Shown here piece after piece: positions 22,401-34,400 of a stretch of DNA of 64,000 bases. Position 1 is the stretch's first letter, and every line of letters starts with the position of its first letter. The notes under the pieces were generated by a model that was not told the origin of the DNA, made no database searches, and saw only the letters and a list, made by a program, of their open reading frames with translations. Where the stretch lies: the NCBI RefSeq assembly GCF_016433145.1, contig NC_058133.1, forward strand, positions 228,402,803 to 228,466,802, given 5' to 3'. Position numbers and translations under genes: made by a program. Origin of the DNA: Gracilinanus agilis. Lineage: Eukaryota.

Positions 22401-24249
22401 TAAGTCAAATAAATAAATGGCAAGCAGCTTTTTTTGGTCTCACCTACATTAAGTTATTAAATGTGAATAAATGGAGTAGTAATTATTTGCAAAACATATA
22501 TAAGAAAAAAAATTACTTGTGGGCACAAAGAAAGGAAAGTTCACAAATAACCTTTTTACAAACGGTCCTTGTGTCTGTCTCCAGCAGTCTGTTTTTATTT
22601 TTGTTTGAATGTCAGAAGCTGGCAAGGCAGAAATGCTTGATCATGCGGTCCTGTTGCAAGTAATTAAAGAACAGCAGGTGCAGCAAAAGCGACTGCTGGA
22701 CCAGCAGGAGAAGCTACTTGCTGTGATTGAGGAGCAACACAAGGAAATCCACCAGCAGAGGCAAGAAGAAGATGATGATAAGTCAAGGCAAGGTGAGGCA
22801 GTGGGCACAGATTTTGGTGCACTTGTTGATTAGAACTATCCAGGTCCTATCAAGAAAAGCAACAAAAGACAGTTTTGGTGATTAGCATGTGGATGTGGTC
22901 ATATAGACTAATTTCCCTTCACTCCTTGTCATTTTGCCTATATTTTCCATAAACCACCTTAATTTTACTAATGTCATAGGGTTATATTTGATGACAGTGA
23001 GCCTCAGTTGCCTGACATGCTATGGGGCATCTTTTGTTTTCTATCTAGTATTCTTATTTACCTGCTGTTGGATTCTTTCCATCCCTATCCTTAGAACTGT
23101 ACTTACTGGCATCCATTGTGTTTGTTTGTTTTGTTTTGTTTGCCATTAGAAATGCAACCTGAAGCAGGTGGTGGCATTCCTGTGAGTATAGAGAAGGAAA
23201 GTCAAGACTCAAAAGTTGGGGAACCACTCAAGAATGCTCTTAAACAGGGTTTAGAAGCTCCAGCCCATCCCAGAGAGCAGCAGCAGCATCCTGGTGAGGA
23301 GCCCGATGGGACTTTGGTGAAAAATAAAGCTACTTCTTCTAGCATCATCGCTGGCCCAGAGCCCCAGGTTCCCAAGGCCAGGCCACAGGACAGCAGGAAG
23401 GATAATGTTCATCCTGAAGTAGTCAAAGTGGGTAACCCTGAAGAACACATAGAAGATGCCCTTCATAAGAACTTGGGACAAGTTGATATGATTCATCTTG
23501 GTGGGCCTGCAGAAAACCCAAAAGAGAAGAAACTTGGAGTTCAGGAATTGCCTGGAAAAAGTCAAGAAGAACAAGCGAGAAGCTACCAAGAAAGAAGGAA
23601 AGCTGTAAAGGGGGTAACAATACTTTCTACTATAGCCATTTCCAAAGAGGAGAGAGCAGAAATTGAAGACTCTGAGGTGAAGACCCAGAAAAGAAGCCAA
23701 GATATAGAATTTCTAGCAGGTTATCCAGACAAATTTAAAGTTACCATCACTCGGGCCCAAGAATTGCTGCATCAGCAGAAACGCCAGAGCATTTCAAATA
23801 TTGACAGGAATGATGGCCTTCGAGGTAATCATCAACACCACCAGCTAAATTATGCTAGTCATGTGGAGACAAGAGAAGATGCCCTTGCTGCTAACAGTGA
23901 TCCTGTTATAGAGGATCAGCAGAGACCAAGGGAAGAGAATGTCCAAAATCCTGAGCAGCTAGATCCTGAGCATGGACCAAAATTGCCCAATCAAAAGTCT
24001 GACAATGGAAAACTGAACCGGGAATTAAAATCTCAAGTTGGTTCTGACCTTCAGAGGAGACGACGAGATTTGTCCCCTTATCCTGTGGAGGAGACAGGTC
24101 AGAAAGATGGTGTTATCATCAGCTTCCACTCCTTGCCAGTTGTGAATGTGGACAGTCTGAGAAGTGCATTGGACACTCAACTTCAGGTTTTGCAGGTGGT
24201 TCAGAGTAGACAAATTAAACAGTTGCCAGTGACTCAGAAAGAAGTGTGA
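5541..24249 (+). CDS. SLC38A10: SLC38A10 (putative sodium-coupled neutral amino acid transporter 10), 3' partial gene: join(5541-5688,16122-16289,16669-17127,17786-17905,[20477-20500 optional],22616-22792,23150-24249)
   Basis: All introns GT-AG with consistent phases. 2172 nt = 723 aa + stop (731 aa with microexon). Peptides [75 protein letters not shown] and RRRRDL match human SLC38A10. Earlier exons lie left of the window. Confidence 0.96.
10101..10397. mobile_element. hAT (Charlie-group) non-autonomous DNA transposon with perfect 8-bp TSD
   Basis: TIRs CAGTGATGGGCAACCT / AGGTTTGCCATCACCA; TSD GACTATTG at 10093-10100 and 10398-10405. Confidence 0.9.
10418..10659 (-). mobile_element. Mar1-like marsupial CORE-SINE
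   Basis: RTE-like tail (ttcttggcaaagatactggag...gccattttcttctccag) plus MIR core gaggaaactgaggc. Confidence 0.8.
10945..11525 (+). mobile_element. L2 3' end fragment
   Basis: gattgtgagctccttgagggcaggg ... cacagtaagagcttaataaatgcttgttga. Confidence 0.75.
11587..11960 (-). mobile_element. Opossum-type SINE split by an approximately 265-bp LTR-like insert (11614-11878)
   Basis: SINE tail aaacccttactttctgcctta resumes as caatatcaagtattgattccaaagcagaagagc after the insert. Confidence 0.6.
12065..12760 (-). mobile_element. Old L1 3' fragment
   Basis: tattatattcatataccataatttgttcagcc; ttccaaattgctttccagaatgg; tgtgcctgtcctcccacatccc. Confidence 0.7.
14390..15200 (+). mobile_element. Degenerate L2 fragments
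   Basis: Pyrimidine-rich L2 ORF2/3' motifs (cttaaattcagtatgttcaaa, ctgccaagatgattttcctaaagc). Confidence 0.55.
16122..16289 (+). CDS. SLC38A10: SLC38A10 exon 12 equivalent
   Basis: ttatag|TCCAG ... TCAAG|gtagtg; 168 nt; QNPVVEV...QIKGPVNVP...QLDRPDQG. Confidence 0.92.
16669..17127 (+). CDS. SLC38A10: SLC38A10 exon 13 equivalent
   Basis: ttttag|GTATT ... ACTG|gtaggt; 459 nt; [28 protein letters not shown]. Confidence 0.92.
17687..17760 (+). repeat. (CA)n/(CAAACA)n compound microsatellite
   Basis: Directly visible; ends 25 nt before the exon 14 acceptor. Confidence 0.97.
17786..17905 (+). CDS. SLC38A10: SLC38A10 exon 14 equivalent
   Basis: ttatag|GTGGG ... AGAAG|gtaagt; 120 nt; [10 protein letters not shown]...GSKLE. 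Confidence 0.9.
18950..19152 (-). mobile_element. Young L1 3' end running into the gap
   Basis: Poly-T, then aatcatttattaatattc, then a C-rich tract (G-rich L1 3' UTR on -). Confidence 0.7.
19153..19418. other. Assembly gap (N run), followed by (AT)n to about 19457
   Basis: N bases. Confidence 0.99.
20477..20500 (+). CDS. SLC38A10: SLC38A10 24-nt microexon (AEIKKLVA)
   Basis: cctaat branch point (20431), pyrimidine tract, TGC at 20453, aacag|CTGAGATTAAAAAGCTAGTAGCAG|gtatga. Phase 1-1 and in frame between flanking exons. Confidence 0.85.
22616..22792 (+). CDS. SLC38A10: SLC38A10 exon 15 equivalent, coiled coil
   Basis: gtcag|AAGCT ... GCAAG|gtgagg; 177 nt; near-identical to human [21 protein letters not shown]... 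Confidence 0.96.
23150..24249 (+). CDS. SLC38A10: SLC38A10 terminal coding exon
   Basis: cattag|AAATG; 1100 nt open to TGA; ends [11 protein letters not shown]...DGVII...LRSALDTQL...VVQSRQIKQ. Confidence 0.95.
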
Positions 24250-24410
24250 TCTGTCCATGCTCTGGTTGAGCTGATAAATTATGGGCATTTCAACATTCAG
24301 GAAACAAGCCTGCTGCGCCTGCCCTGACTTTTATGCTAGCTATACCAAGCTTGAAGGGTGGAGCATTGGGAGAGAATATTTGTGAATTCTGGGTACCATA
24401 ATTGGAATGA

Positions 24411-24419
<9 letters not shown>

Positions 24420-24441
<22 letters not shown>

Positions 24442-24566
24442 TTTTTTTTTTTTTTTTTTGCATACTGCTATCAGTATGCTCAGTGCTGTTCCTTTGACCC
24501 AAAGATGGCTACACTGTCTAAGCCTTAAGCTGCCCCTTCTTAAGGATCTCCTAGCATTGTATCAGA
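24420..24566 (-). mobile_element. Unidentified short retroposed sequence with poly(A) tail and 15-bp TSD
   Basis: TSD GAATGATTTCTTCTT at 24405-24419 and 24567-24581; 27-T run 24433-24459; 107-nt body. Confidence 0.82.
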
Positions 24567-25354
24567 GAATGATTTCTTCTTAAATTTTTCCTAACTCTAT
24601 CTGCCTTATGGCAAGTAAAAAAAAAATGTAAACTTTATTCCAAATCTGCTGCACTTTATTGAATTCAGAACTCATGAGGGAAAACTGCTCTGTATATTAG
24701 CTACTTGAGATCATACATAATTTTTAGATTTTTAAGGAGGTCCTTCCCTTATTAAAGCCTTTAAGTTAAATTAACAACTAACCACCCCAGGTTCTGCTGA
24801 TTTTTTTTTTTTTGCTTGTTTCTACATCAGACCAGTCTACATATATGAGAAAGGAAATCCTGAGCATAAGGCATGTAAAATGCTTTTTAGGCCTTAAAGC
24901 ACTATATAAATGTCTGTTAGTATTATCATTAATTGCTTGATCTAGTTAAATGCTTTTAGTTTAGCTGAGATTAGCTCCATTGCATTTGATATACTGAGAC
25001 CCATCAAATTGACCAAATTTGCCATTTCATCATTTCACTTAGTTTATTTTTCCTCTTGAGTTCATATTGTAAGCATTCTGACTAGAAACAATTTCTGCAC
25101 TTATGAATTTTTTTTAATTGGATCTGTGATTTCATTGCTATACAGAGAGCTCCAAATGGGAATTTTCTTTTTAAAATTTATAGTCAGAATTGCTAGGTAC
25201 ACTTGGAGGTTAAGTAACTTGACTAGAGTCACATAACTAGTATGGGTCAGAAGTGGAATGTGAACCCAGTTCTTCCCAACTTGAGGCTAGCATTATTACC
25301 TCTTGAAAACCATTTGATATTTGAGACTTCAGTGAGTTTATATTTGAATGAACA

Positions 25355-25360
25355 AATAAA
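25355..25360 (+). terminator. Candidate SLC38A10 polyadenylation signal AATAAA (an alternative ATTAAA is at 24751)
   Basis: First canonical hexamer I found after the stop codon; usage not demonstrable from sequence. Confidence 0.35.
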
Positions 25361-28300
25361 GACAACTATCTGGAAGAAAGGCAGCGTGACATAGTAGATA
25401 GAAGGCCAGCCTTAGAATCAGGAAGACCAGGGTTTAAGTGTTACCTCTTACACATTCTGGTTTTATGAATAGGCAAGTCACTTAAAATGTTCAGTGATCG
25501 CAATAGCTCTGTAAGACTATAAATCTTTACCTTTTGAAGATATTTCTACTCCAGACTTCCTCATATTGATGGAATTGGACATCTTGATTCCTTCATGGAT
25601 ATTTTTCTTTCCTCCTTTATTTCAAGAAACAAAAAACCCTTACTCTCTGCCTTATCAATTCTATGACTGAAGAGCAGCAAGAGCTTGGAAATCAGGGTAA
25701 AGTGACTTGCCCAGAGTCACATAGCTAGGAAAAATCCAAGGCCAGCTTTGAATCCATGGCCTTCCAAATCTAGGTGCTCTATCCACAGTGCTACCCAGGT
25801 GCCTCTATATCTATATTTTTCAAGATTAAATTCTTCTGAGCTCAGTTTTTAAAATATAAAATACCATTCATGTCTATTTAGATAAATCAACTTAGTATTG
25901 AGTTGAACACTTAAAAAAAGTTCTATAATTCCAAATGTGTAAAGAACAGAGATGATGGTATTCTGAGACTTTTTACGTTGAAGTACTTAAGAGTACATAA
26001 TCTGAATCCAAAAGGACACAATTAAACTTTAGCAAATCTAGTACTGTGATCTTTAGTCATTCTCCCTATTAATATTAGGACTTCATAAACAGGAATGGCC
26101 CCAGAGAGCTTCTTTGCTTCAGGAGAGAATGAAGATGATTATTTTTGGGGATGTTGCTGGTATCTAATGAATCTGTGAGAAAAGAGGAACTATAGAAAAG
26201 GCACTGACAACTGTCTTCAACACTTGCTTGCTCTAATGTATATTTCCATCTCAAACTACAATCATCCTTTTTCTTTTTTATATCATTGTAGCTGTCTTGA
26301 CCTTAATCTTCTGAAGTTAAGCCAAGAAAGTCTGGATATGGATTTTGTTATCAAAGAAGCACAGCTAATCTTGGAATTAGTTTTAAAACATTTTCATCTT
26401 TTTCTATAGGGGCAGAAAAGCTGTGGTGTTTGAGAAAGCTTCCTGTGCTTATGTGCCTCATGAACAACTCGAGTTAGTCATTTGATTTACCTGGGCATCT
26501 ATTCAGATATAGAACACAGATATAGCACACAGAATGGGGAATGGGGCTCTCAACTCTAAAAGCAGAGGGAGGAGGGGGCATTGTTTCTTACAGCTACCAC
26601 CTCTTTATGGTTCTCTAGTTTTAATTAGATATGGATCACTTAAAGCTTTTGGGGGCACATTGGCATGCATTCAGACTTGTTATGGGAAACATTGAAAAAC
26701 CATTTGAATAAGGGCCTGTTCTATTTTCTGCATTTTGAGAGATATGATGTGCATGATAAAAGGACCAAAGACACTTAAAACATTCCTCAGAAAACTTAAT
26801 GTAGCCAAGGGTGCTTAGAAGCCACAGCCTTGGCCTTACAAAGGGGAGACAAAATTAGGAAGCTCCTTTTTTTACCCATGCAACTTTAGAAGTAGTTTTT
26901 ATTTAAGATTTTTTTACATTTGAAATGTAAATTTTTATTCATATTTTGTTTTTCTATCACCTTCACTTTCCATTGTATTCCTATCCATTCCCTTTTACCT
27001 AAGAATAAAAAAGAAGGGACTGGAAATTTCAGCAAAACTAACCACATCATGCAGGTCTAGCTTATGCAGTATTTCTTACCCATCACCTCCCACCTCATTA
27101 ATTTTCACTTTTATTATCATTGCTTAAACTCAATAAGTGTAAGGGGAAAAAAGAACTGAGGATTAGGAAATAAATGTGTTTGTTTTTCTTTTGTTTTTTT
27201 GAAAAGTGAAAGTATTTTGGGCTGAGCTCTGGTTCTTGAACTACAGTTTGTATACACAGTTCCTAACAAATCTTTTGTGTATGTGTGTGTAATAAACACA
27301 CAAAAATCAATCCCATGTTGTATGATACCCATAACATGTACTTTTAAAACTGTAACTTTGATCATTGCATTATTTACAATGAGATTTTTCATTCTAATAC
27401 ACACTTGAACAATTTAACCTTTTTCTTCAATCCCCAGGATTAGGCACCTGGTGGTTCTCATTTATTTCCCAGATTAACTCTGTCAATTAGAACTAAGGGT
27501 CCCAACCATTTGGGCAATAAGGCACCCTTTCCCTAGGACTAGAAAGCTACTCTCAATTCATTAAGAGTTTATTGAATGTGGAAAGCACACACAAAGACCA
27601 TGGCCTTTGAGGAATTTACAATTGTGTGGGAGAAGACAGCATGGCCATATATAAGCATATACAAAGTCAAGGTAATGGCAATAAGGCATTGGGCAATGGG
27701 ATGATCAGGAAAAACCTTTTTTAGGAGGCATCATAATGAAAAGTAGTGGAATGGTCAGATATGAGCTTGAATATAATTTTAATTTATGCTGTTTCCATAA
27801 TCAAGTAACAGATGAAGAAAACCTAAAACTAGGGTAATGACTATGAGTGGAGTAGAACTGGTAACACTTGGCAACTATTTAGTGAGGAAAAGGGAGGGGG
27901 GAAAGGTGGCTCTAAAATTGTGAGCCTCAGTGACTAAGTTTGGTGGTCCTCAACAAAAATGGAGGGAGGAGGGTTGGGGGAAAAGAAAATATGAGTTCTA
28001 TTTTGGGCCTCTGCATAGAGTCAGAAAGCCATGAGTCCATATCCTATCTCAGACACTTTCTGTGCAACCCTGGGCAAGTTACTCAACCTATTTGCCTCAG
28101 TTACCTCATCTGTAAAATGAGGAAGCCAGACTTTTAGACCATTAGTATGTTATGCTAATTCCCACCTCCCTGAGTTCATTTAGGCTCTTGCTCCTTTCTA
28201 GAATACCCTTCATTTTCACATCAGCCATAACTGATCATTTGTTACAATACAGTTATTTTCTCTGCCAATTTTGTCTCCCTTGATTAGATTGTTTCTTGGA

Positions 28301-29740
28301 AAAGACTGATGTGTTCTCAGTGCTTGAATATATACTAGGAACTTAATAAATACTTGATTGATGAAGGGATGGGAACAGATGTGAGGTTTCAAAGGAATAA
28401 TAAGGCATGGTAACCCAATGGATGAGGATGAAGGGATCTGAAAACTTAAAAATATCAAACCTCATTGACCAGGAAGAATAAGAATGGCAGAAATGACAGA
28501 TTGCTAAGGAGGTTCAGTTTGGGAGCGTTTGGGGAAGAAGGAGGGAAATTCAGTTTGGAATTAAAATCCAGACAATTAGAAACATAATGGTAAGATGATC
28601 ATTTTGGGGAGTTGGGAGATAGGTGATGATAGTTGTATCTTGTAAGTGAATTTTTCTTGGCAATACATGTGGAGAAATAATAGCATTTGTATAGCACTTC
28701 ATGGTTTACAAAATGCTTTACAAATAATCTTGTTTTGTCCTCATAACAACCTTGGAGGTAGGTGTTAACCCAGTTATACAGATAAGGAAACTCAGTTCTT
28801 CCTGACTTCAGGTCTACCAACAAGTGGCTGAGATCCAGGTAAGGAGGCAGAGAAGAAAAAAATCTTTTATAAAATTGCAGTTTAGTCATGTTAAAATCCA
28901 AAGCTAAAATAGGAAAACTAGATGGGAATTGCCAACATCATATATCTGTGGAAGAGAAAGTGCCTGTTATCAACATGCTAAGCTTAGTAGCTTCACTTTG
29001 CCTGTACCGTTTTTTCTCTTCCCAAGTCCAAATCAGTATCTATGGTCATTTTGCAGTACATAGAAACCATACTCTAACATCATGGGCTGCTGCCAAGTAA
29101 GTACTCAATCCTAGAAACTTTTAAGCTCTGAATTTCTGTGGTTGTTTTGAAATGGGACACTATAGCATGATAGAAATCTGTTACAGTAGCCTTTGAAAAG
29201 TGATGGGTTCCTTCTCAGAAACATGCTCAAGCTATGGCCCCTCTCTTAGTGGCTTCCCATTGCCAGTATCACAAATTTGGATATTTTAACATTTCTTTTG
29301 TTCCTGGAGTAGTTTGGAAATAGGATTCTTAACTCAAAATTGGACAGTGGGCAAGGTTGCAGAATTCTAGAATTATAAGCTCACTTTCAGTACAAACACC
29401 AGGACTCCAGAAACACTTTAGGTCAAATACCATTAATTCCACTTTTGTCTTAAAAGAGAGGTATCTATTTTTAATGAAAATTTCTTAATTCCCTAAGTAA
29501 TTAATTGAACAGGCATTATGTACATCAACTGAGGCTATTTTATAGTGTTCAAGTCAGTTCATAAGTCTAAAACTAGGTGGGTCCTCAAAAGTCTTTTGCC
29601 TAGTACTCTTATTTTGGAGATGAAGATGATGAAGCCAATGGTGGTTTAGTGACTTCCACAACGGAATACAAATAGTGTCCAAGGTGTTATTGGAATCTTA
29701 GTGTATTTTTCCCATTATACCTTTAGCAAGTAATCTGTAA

Positions 29741-29973
29741 GGGCAATTAGATGGCACAGTGGATAGACTGCTGGGCCTGGAGTCTGGAAGACTCTTCTTG
29801 AGTTCAAATTGAGCCTTAGACATTTAATAGTTACATGACCCTAGTTTGCCTCAGTTTCCTCGTCTAAAAAATGAGTGGGATTAGGAAATGGAAAATTACT
29901 CCAATGTCTTGGTCAAGAAAACCCCAAATGGGGTCATGAAGAGTCAGATACAACTGAAAGGACTGAACAACAA
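29741..29973 (+). mobile_element. Mar1-like CORE-SINE
   Basis: gggcaattagatggcacagtggatag ... aagaaaaccccaaatggggtcatgaagagtcag...gaacaacaa. Confidence 0.8.
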
Positions 29974-30434
29974 TGTAAGGCCTGGTAGTAATTTATAAAT
30001 ACATTTTGTTCTTACCCCAAGGTCTTGTTGAACCAGATATGGAAAACAGCCAGAATTTACCCACACAAGAGTTGTACTTTTTATTGTTATTTTTCTAATG
30101 TAGACTTTGAGAGAACCTAGCATATGCAATATTAGGAGGAGTATTACAAGTCCACGTAAGAAAAATACAAAACGAAACAAAAAAAAGTCCTTTAAAAAAC
30201 AGAATCATGCAGTGGAGGAGCAGAGGGTTTTAAAAACAGTAACAATAAATGGGAAGCCAGGAACACCAAGGCCTTCAACATTGATTATGACACCTCTACT
30301 AATCAATTCTCCAAAACTTAAATAACTGAATTTTCTTTGGAGTTAATCTATTCCTTGTTTCTTGTATAAATGAATCGTGGATTTAGCATTGACTGATATG
30401 GACATCAATATCTTCAGGAAATGGGGCTTGTCAT

Positions 30435-30650
30435 GCCCAACTCTTGACCCCATTTGGGATTTTCTTGGAAAAGATACTTGGAATGTTTTGCCATTTCCTT
30501 CTACTGGTCATTTTACAGCTGAGGAAACCGAGGCAGACAGGGTTAAGTGATTTGCCCAGGGTCACACTGCTAGTAAGAGTCTGAGGTCACATTAGAACTC
30601 AGGTCTTCCTGACTATAGACCTGACCTGCTCTATCTCTACCTACCTGCCC
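30435..30650 (-). mobile_element. Mar1-like CORE-SINE
   Basis: Same motifs reverse-complemented. Confidence 0.75.
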
Positions 30651-31484
30651 CTCATATCAGTCAGTCAATCACTCATCACTAATTGGCAGCATAAAGGAGA
30701 ATTCAAATAACAACGAGGAAGGACCGGTTATAGTGAAGTCATTCCCACTTAAAAGCAAATTGTTCTTGACTAGTCTCAGTCATGGTAAAATTTTTTAAAG
30801 GCATTAAAAAGCAATAAACCTATACCACTTACATGGACCACCACATTGACAAGGTCAGGAAGTCACAGTAATCAGTGCAGTAGTTTTATTCAATTCCTGA
30901 TAATCTACTATATCCCCCAGGTAACTTCTACCTCCTTTGGCAGCCACAGAAACTTATTTATTATAAGGGGATTTGGAATAACATTAGCTTCCTTTATTTC
31001 TATTACAGGGAAGGAAATACCTTTCACCACTACCATATTGTTAACCGTTGGGTGGTTTCAGGCAACTCCTAGGGCTTGGTTTGATTCCTTTACTTTGTTT
31101 TGCTTAGATGTTGATAATCATCATAGGCTTAAAAACTACCATAAACTGCTGTGTGGTACTGACTCACAAAGATTCATAATCTCTATATGCATGATACATT
31201 TTCCAATTGGCCACTCCAACCAAAACCCAGGTTTACTCTACTTGAGTAAAGGTGTTCTTTCCTTTGGTTTCCCCCTCAATTCCCTCAGTGATAAATAGGG
31301 TATCCCTGTGGAACAAATGAGGGTCCCTTGAGTAAACTGACTGCCAGAATTTAGCAGCCCTTTATATAATTGGCAGCATTCCCAACCTACCTCCACCCCA
31401 TGCCTCTCAAAATGGCTATATGACCTTTAGGCCTTTTATGAGCTTAAAATGAGAACAGCACAATCTCAAGGGAAACTGGCTTGG

Positions 31485-31630
31485 GGTTCTTAGCCTTTTT
31501 TTTGTCATGGACCTCTTTAGCAATTCAGGTAAACCTAAAAAATGTTTTCAAATGTGTAAATTACATGAAAACACAAAAGAAACCAATTATACTGAAAGTT
31601 ATCAAAAAAAGTTAAGTTCATGGATCTGTT
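31485..31630. mobile_element. Ancient Charlie4-like hAT remnant (another copy at about 55995-56140)
   Basis: gggttcttagcctttt...gtcatggacctctttagca...aaagaaaccaattatactgaa; family name from memory. Confidence 0.55.
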
Positions 31631-31806
31631 TAAAAAACCTGAAAAAAAGATTCATCCCAACAGTTATCTTACTTAGTACAAAGCCTTAGATGGCTCTGAA
31701 CAAGTAGGCCAAGGGTTTCGAGGATTTTCCAAGTTTGAGTGGGACAGACATACCCTTCTGTCATGATCCCAGATGCTTGGATAAAATTTTATTAAATTCC
31801 TATAGA

Positions 31807-31969
31807 CCCAAACTTTTTTGGCCTACCAACCCCTTTCCAGAAAAAATATTACTTGGCGCCCCCTGTCACATGCTATCACCACCCCCAAATGCACCTGTGG
31901 CCATCACCGCCTCCCTGGATCGCTGCAGCAACCACTAGGGGGTGGTGGCACCCACTTTGGGAATCACTG
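31807..31969. mobile_element. Short hAT-type MITE (right TIR CTTTGGGAATCACTG)
   Basis: Left end CCCAAACTTTTT lacks the terminal CAGTG; flanks ctataga / ctataaa; CpGs retained. Confidence 0.65.
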
Positions 31970-34029
31970 CTATAAAGATCAATCATCTTGAAAACTTCAT
32001 TTCAAGAACTACACCCAAAGTTTATTATGGAAGAGGGCAATCACCCCCTACCTGAGGTAAGGGTACAATGTGTCCATTTCTATGGACAGCCTTATTTGCT
32101 ACACAACTGCTATGAGGGGGTCAGGGAAGGGAGAAGAGCAGGGCACACCCATAGCTAATGCCTACCACTCAGATGGACTTCTGCTTCTCAAGTAGTAACT
32201 ACCAAAATTTTATTTTAGGATTTTTACCTTCCTTCCCTACCTGGGGACCTGGCTGCAAAGGGGATTCATGCTTGTGAGGCCAAATATGCAGAACTCTTTT
32301 TTAATTCCTCTTTTTATCTAAAAATGAGGAAACAGCAACCCCCTTTGGGGGCTTCTGATTTAGCTGGCTTGGCATTAAATCCTCTGTAAACTCCCCAAGC
32401 CAAAGGAATGGTAATTGAAATTCCATATTGGTGTCATCAGACAATACCTTCAATAATCATTCTTCTAGTGGATCTAGTGCACTGGCTTGCAGTTTCCACT
32501 TCTCTGGCAATCTCTTAATTTCCTTGGTGGTGAAAGCCACCTTCAACTCTCCAGAAGGAAGTAGACTACTATCCTGGGAGTTAGTAATGTGGCTTTCTTA
32601 CTAGGGGGCGGGGTATCATCTTCGATTCCTGTTGTCTTCCTTCTCAGCTCAGATCTCATTTGTGCTTCCTACCTGATGTCTGTCTTCACCATAACCTTTT
32701 TTCACCCAAGTAGTTAGTACACATACCACTTCTTCCTTGAAGGCATAATTCTTTAAGAACTCAAAATCCCCATATTCCCAATGACCCTGCATTTCCTATA
32801 TCACTTAGTAAAAGCCAGGGAATATTGTATCACTCCATTTTTATTCTCTTTTAAGGTCCTTAAATATCCACTGGGTAATCCTACAGAGCCAGTGAAGGCC
32901 ATTTCCTTTCATAAGAATGCCTGAAATACCTGGAATCATACAATAATCCAGCTCTCATATTTGACCATGCAGTCCACCCAAGGTACCTTTTTCCACACAA
33001 TTGTCCATCCCTTATATGCCCCATGAATTCTAATCTAAACCTGCTGACAAATGCCAAGTCTTCAAGGCAAGGTTTAATTTGGACCAGTCCAATGATCCAC
33101 ATTAGGGAGTAGAAGCAGCTAGACGGCACAGTGTTTAAAGTACTGGCCTAAAGTCAGGAAAACCCAAGTTCATATTAGGCCTCAGACTCGTAGAAATGCT
33201 AATTGTTACTGTAATTAGTGTAATGCAACACTTATAGACCATAAAACATCCCAACAGGGAATTCAGCTAAATCTTTTCAGTGCAGATGACACATAGGCTG
33301 GGCTTTTTATAACTCCTAGTTGTCCAGACCAACCACTTCCAAGGAAGGGTAAGGGAACACACATTTATTAAACACCTACTAGATGCCAAGCTCTTTACAA
33401 ATATAATCACATTTGACCCAGATGACAGTATTATTCTATTATCATATCCATTTTATAGCTGAGGAGACTGAGGCAGAGAGAACTTGTGACTAGTCCAGAT
33501 TCATACAGAAAGTATCTGGGTCCAGATTTGAACTCTCTTCTTGACACTAGGCTCAGTACTCTTTATCTACCATACCACCTGGCTATTTAAGGAAATTACC
33601 TAAGCAAAATCCTCATCCTACTACAGGAAGAAACAGGACAGAATTCAGAAAAAAGGAAGTGTTCTGAAGGGAATAGAGTTGGAAGTGTGAAAAGCCAATC
33701 TCTGTTTTAACACTTCTCTTTTTTTCCCCCCAGGCATCCACATAGGGATGGCAAATCCTCCATCCTTCCATATCATTCCTACTTTTAAGGTATTTGCCAG
33801 GCCTCAGCCCTTACCAATGAATTGCAGGAAGTTGGCTGAGAGAAGGGTAGGCATGGAGACAGAAATCTTAGTGGAAGTTGAAGCCAGGCAACTATCCATC
33901 AGATCTGAGGGGAGCAAAGAAATACAAATTCATTTTTTTAAATAGGTAAAAGTAGGAGTGGGAGTGATTTATGAGGTGACTTTCCTAGGGTTCTTATTAA
34001 AATTAATAGGTTGGCTCCAAAAAAGCATA

Positions 34030-34400
34030 ATGGTGAATGGCTATACAAAACTGTGGTATAAAAGTAAAAAGGGATAGTATTGTGTTATAAGAAATGACAC
34101 ATAGGAATGGATTAACTTGATAACACTAGAATGAATTGATGCAGGTGGAAGTGAACAGAACTAGAATAATACACACAATGACCATAATAGAAAACAGCTT
34201 TTTGAGATTTCACAGCTTGGATTAATGCAATAACCAATCCTGACTTCTTTGGGCTGATGATTCCTACCACTTGGCAGGTGATAGATTCCATATATAGAAT
34301 GAGATGTACATTTTCAGACATAGCTAGGTATATTAATTTTCCTTAACCATTCTCGTTTGTTAGAAGGGCTTCTATTGTGGGCAAGGAGGGAAGAGTTGAT
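34030..34400 (+). mobile_element. L1 3' UTR fragment
   Basis: gaatggctatacaaaactgtggtata...gaattgatgcaggtggaagtgaacagaac. Confidence 0.65.

Noticed and set aside
30104-30155. Exon-like 52-nt segment (tag|...|gtaaga) between SLC38A10 and NDUFAF8
   Set aside because: Isolated, not frame-preserving, and no partner exons or promoter; likely a pseudo-exon.
30846-31298. 150-aa ORF in the intergenic spacer
   Set aside because: Non-ATG start, no homology, no splice structure; typical AT-rich chance ORF.
32440-32680. Protein-looking minus-strand frames (…TPPPSKKA…KEIKRLPEKWK…)
   Set aside because: Needs a frameshift and matches nothing I recognise; cannot support a pseudogene call.
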